36,966 nucleotides of DNA from a virus. Taxonomy: Duplodnaviria; Caudoviricetes. Both the position numbers and the translations under genes were made by a program. Below the pieces are notes generated by a model that was given only the letters and a program-made list of their open reading frames with translations, was not told where the DNA came from and searched no databases. The stretch spans positions 1 to 36,966 of IMG/VR virus record IMGVR_UViG_3300026187_000041; one strand, 5' to 3'. This document shows positions 36,105 to 36,966 of this stretch, in pieces; the first letter of the stretch is position 1, and each line of letters begins with the position of its first letter.

Positions 36105-36966
36105 ATGAATCCTCAACTCAATAAAAAAGTTAAGAAGTATTTAGACTCGTATTTTAAAGATACTAAGGCCAATTCACCAGAGCATCAAGAGGCAGTGATG
36201 TTGATTTTGAAAGGTGCTCTTACTGATGCTAACTTTCATAGTGAAGCTAAAGAATTAGGTAAGTACTTCCCAAAAGCTAGTAAGAAATACATTGGAACAC
36301 CAATGGAAGGTGTAATTGAAGACAAGGGTGTAGACATTGCTAAAATGGCAAAATGGGATGGTCACGATATCATTGACGCATTCGCATTTTACCTAAGTAT
36401 GTCAATTGGTGGTTCATTCGGAAATAGATTGATGTCGCTAAAAGAATCGATTGAAGAATCTTTGGTTGAAGAAGGTGAAAAGTTAGATGAGAAGAATGTT
36501 CCTACGAACCCATCTAAATGGTCTTACTACAAAGCACAAGCAAAAAAGAAGTTTGATGTATACCCATCAGCATATGCAAATGGGTGGGCTGCAAAACAAT
36601 ACAAAAAAGCAGGTGGTGGTTGGAAGTCCGAATCAGTAAACGAAGAACTCAGACCCGATGAGGTTGAATTCATTGCCAATAAATTAGGCAATTCAATGCC
36701 AAATCATACAAACTATGACTTTGATAAAGGTCCTGATGCTAAACAAGTATTAACTGCGTTGAAAAAATACCATAAAGATTTCTTTAGACACTCTACCAAT
36801 AAGCAAAAGCAAGAGATTGTTAAGTTAGTTCAGAAAATTACCACGGAATCAGTAGATGAAGGTATGGTAAGTCCAAGGAGAGGACACAACTACTATCAGT
36901 TATATAGAGATACTCCAATCAAATATGTATCAGGTCACTCAGGAATTGGATTGAAAGTTCCTGGTG
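36105..36966 (+). CDS. modular polyprotein-like protein (3' truncated, absent from the ORF track)
   Basis: SD AAGGAG then ATG 36105; open to the window end (287 codons): MNPQLNKKVKKY...ALTDANFHSEA...SLKESIEESLVEEGEKLDE-KNVPTNP...GGGWKSESVNE-ELRPDE...TTESVDE-GMVSPRR... Confidence 0.88.
   Translation, partial: MNPQLNKKVKKYLDSYFKDTKANSPEHQEAVMLILKGALTDANFHSEAKELGKYFPKASKKYIGTPMEGVIEDKGVDIAKMAKWDGHDIIDAFAFYLSMSIGGSFGNRLMSLKESIEESLVEEGEKLDEKNVPTNPSKWSYYKAQAKKKFDVYPSAYANGWAAKQYKKAGGGWKSESVNEELRPDEVEFIANKLGNSMPNHTNYDFDKGPDAKQVLTALKKYHKDFFRHSTNKQKQEIVKLVQKITTESVDEGMVSPRRGHNYYQLYRDTPIKYVSGHSGIGLKVPG

Noticed and set aside
1-36966. Stop-codon reassignment, as in some Bacteroidota phages
   Set aside because: Long genes are intact under the standard code, TAA, TAG and TGA all end genes at sensible places, and the tRNA is not a suppressor.
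1-36966. CRISPR array, integrase, transposase, intron or intein
   Set aside because: I saw no regularly spaced repeat-spacer array, recombinase or homing-endonuclease motifs, or intein termini; primase and SbcDC are uninterrupted.

Overview
This window is a gene-dense, AT-rich stretch of a large myovirus-like (probably jumbo) bacteriophage, with every credible gene on the + strand and the standard genetic code. Host-type promoters (TTTG-N19-20-TAnnTTTG-like) and a DUF4494-like gene point to a Bacteroidota host. From left to right it holds: the end of an AAA ATPase, tRNA-Tyr(GUA), small hypothetical genes, a stress/repair block (Hsp20, UvsE, membrane coiled-coil protein, ClpP-like protease, HD hydrolase), a gp55-like late sigma factor, a contractile-tail baseplate module, T7 endonuclease I-like resolvase, primase, a single-chain SbcD-SbcC (Mre11-Rad50) fusion, and a 1542-aa tail fibre with an S74 chaperone. 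The most interesting part is the terminal block (32.5-37 kb). Its proteins are built from small domains joined by [LIV]-x-E / ESV(N/D)E linkers that resemble prohead-protease sites. I infer these are head-packaged polyproteins cut into separate effectors, including a HIGH-type nucleotidyltransferase fused to a KxDG ligase-like nucleotidyltransferase. All family assignments come from motif recognition by eye; no searches were run.
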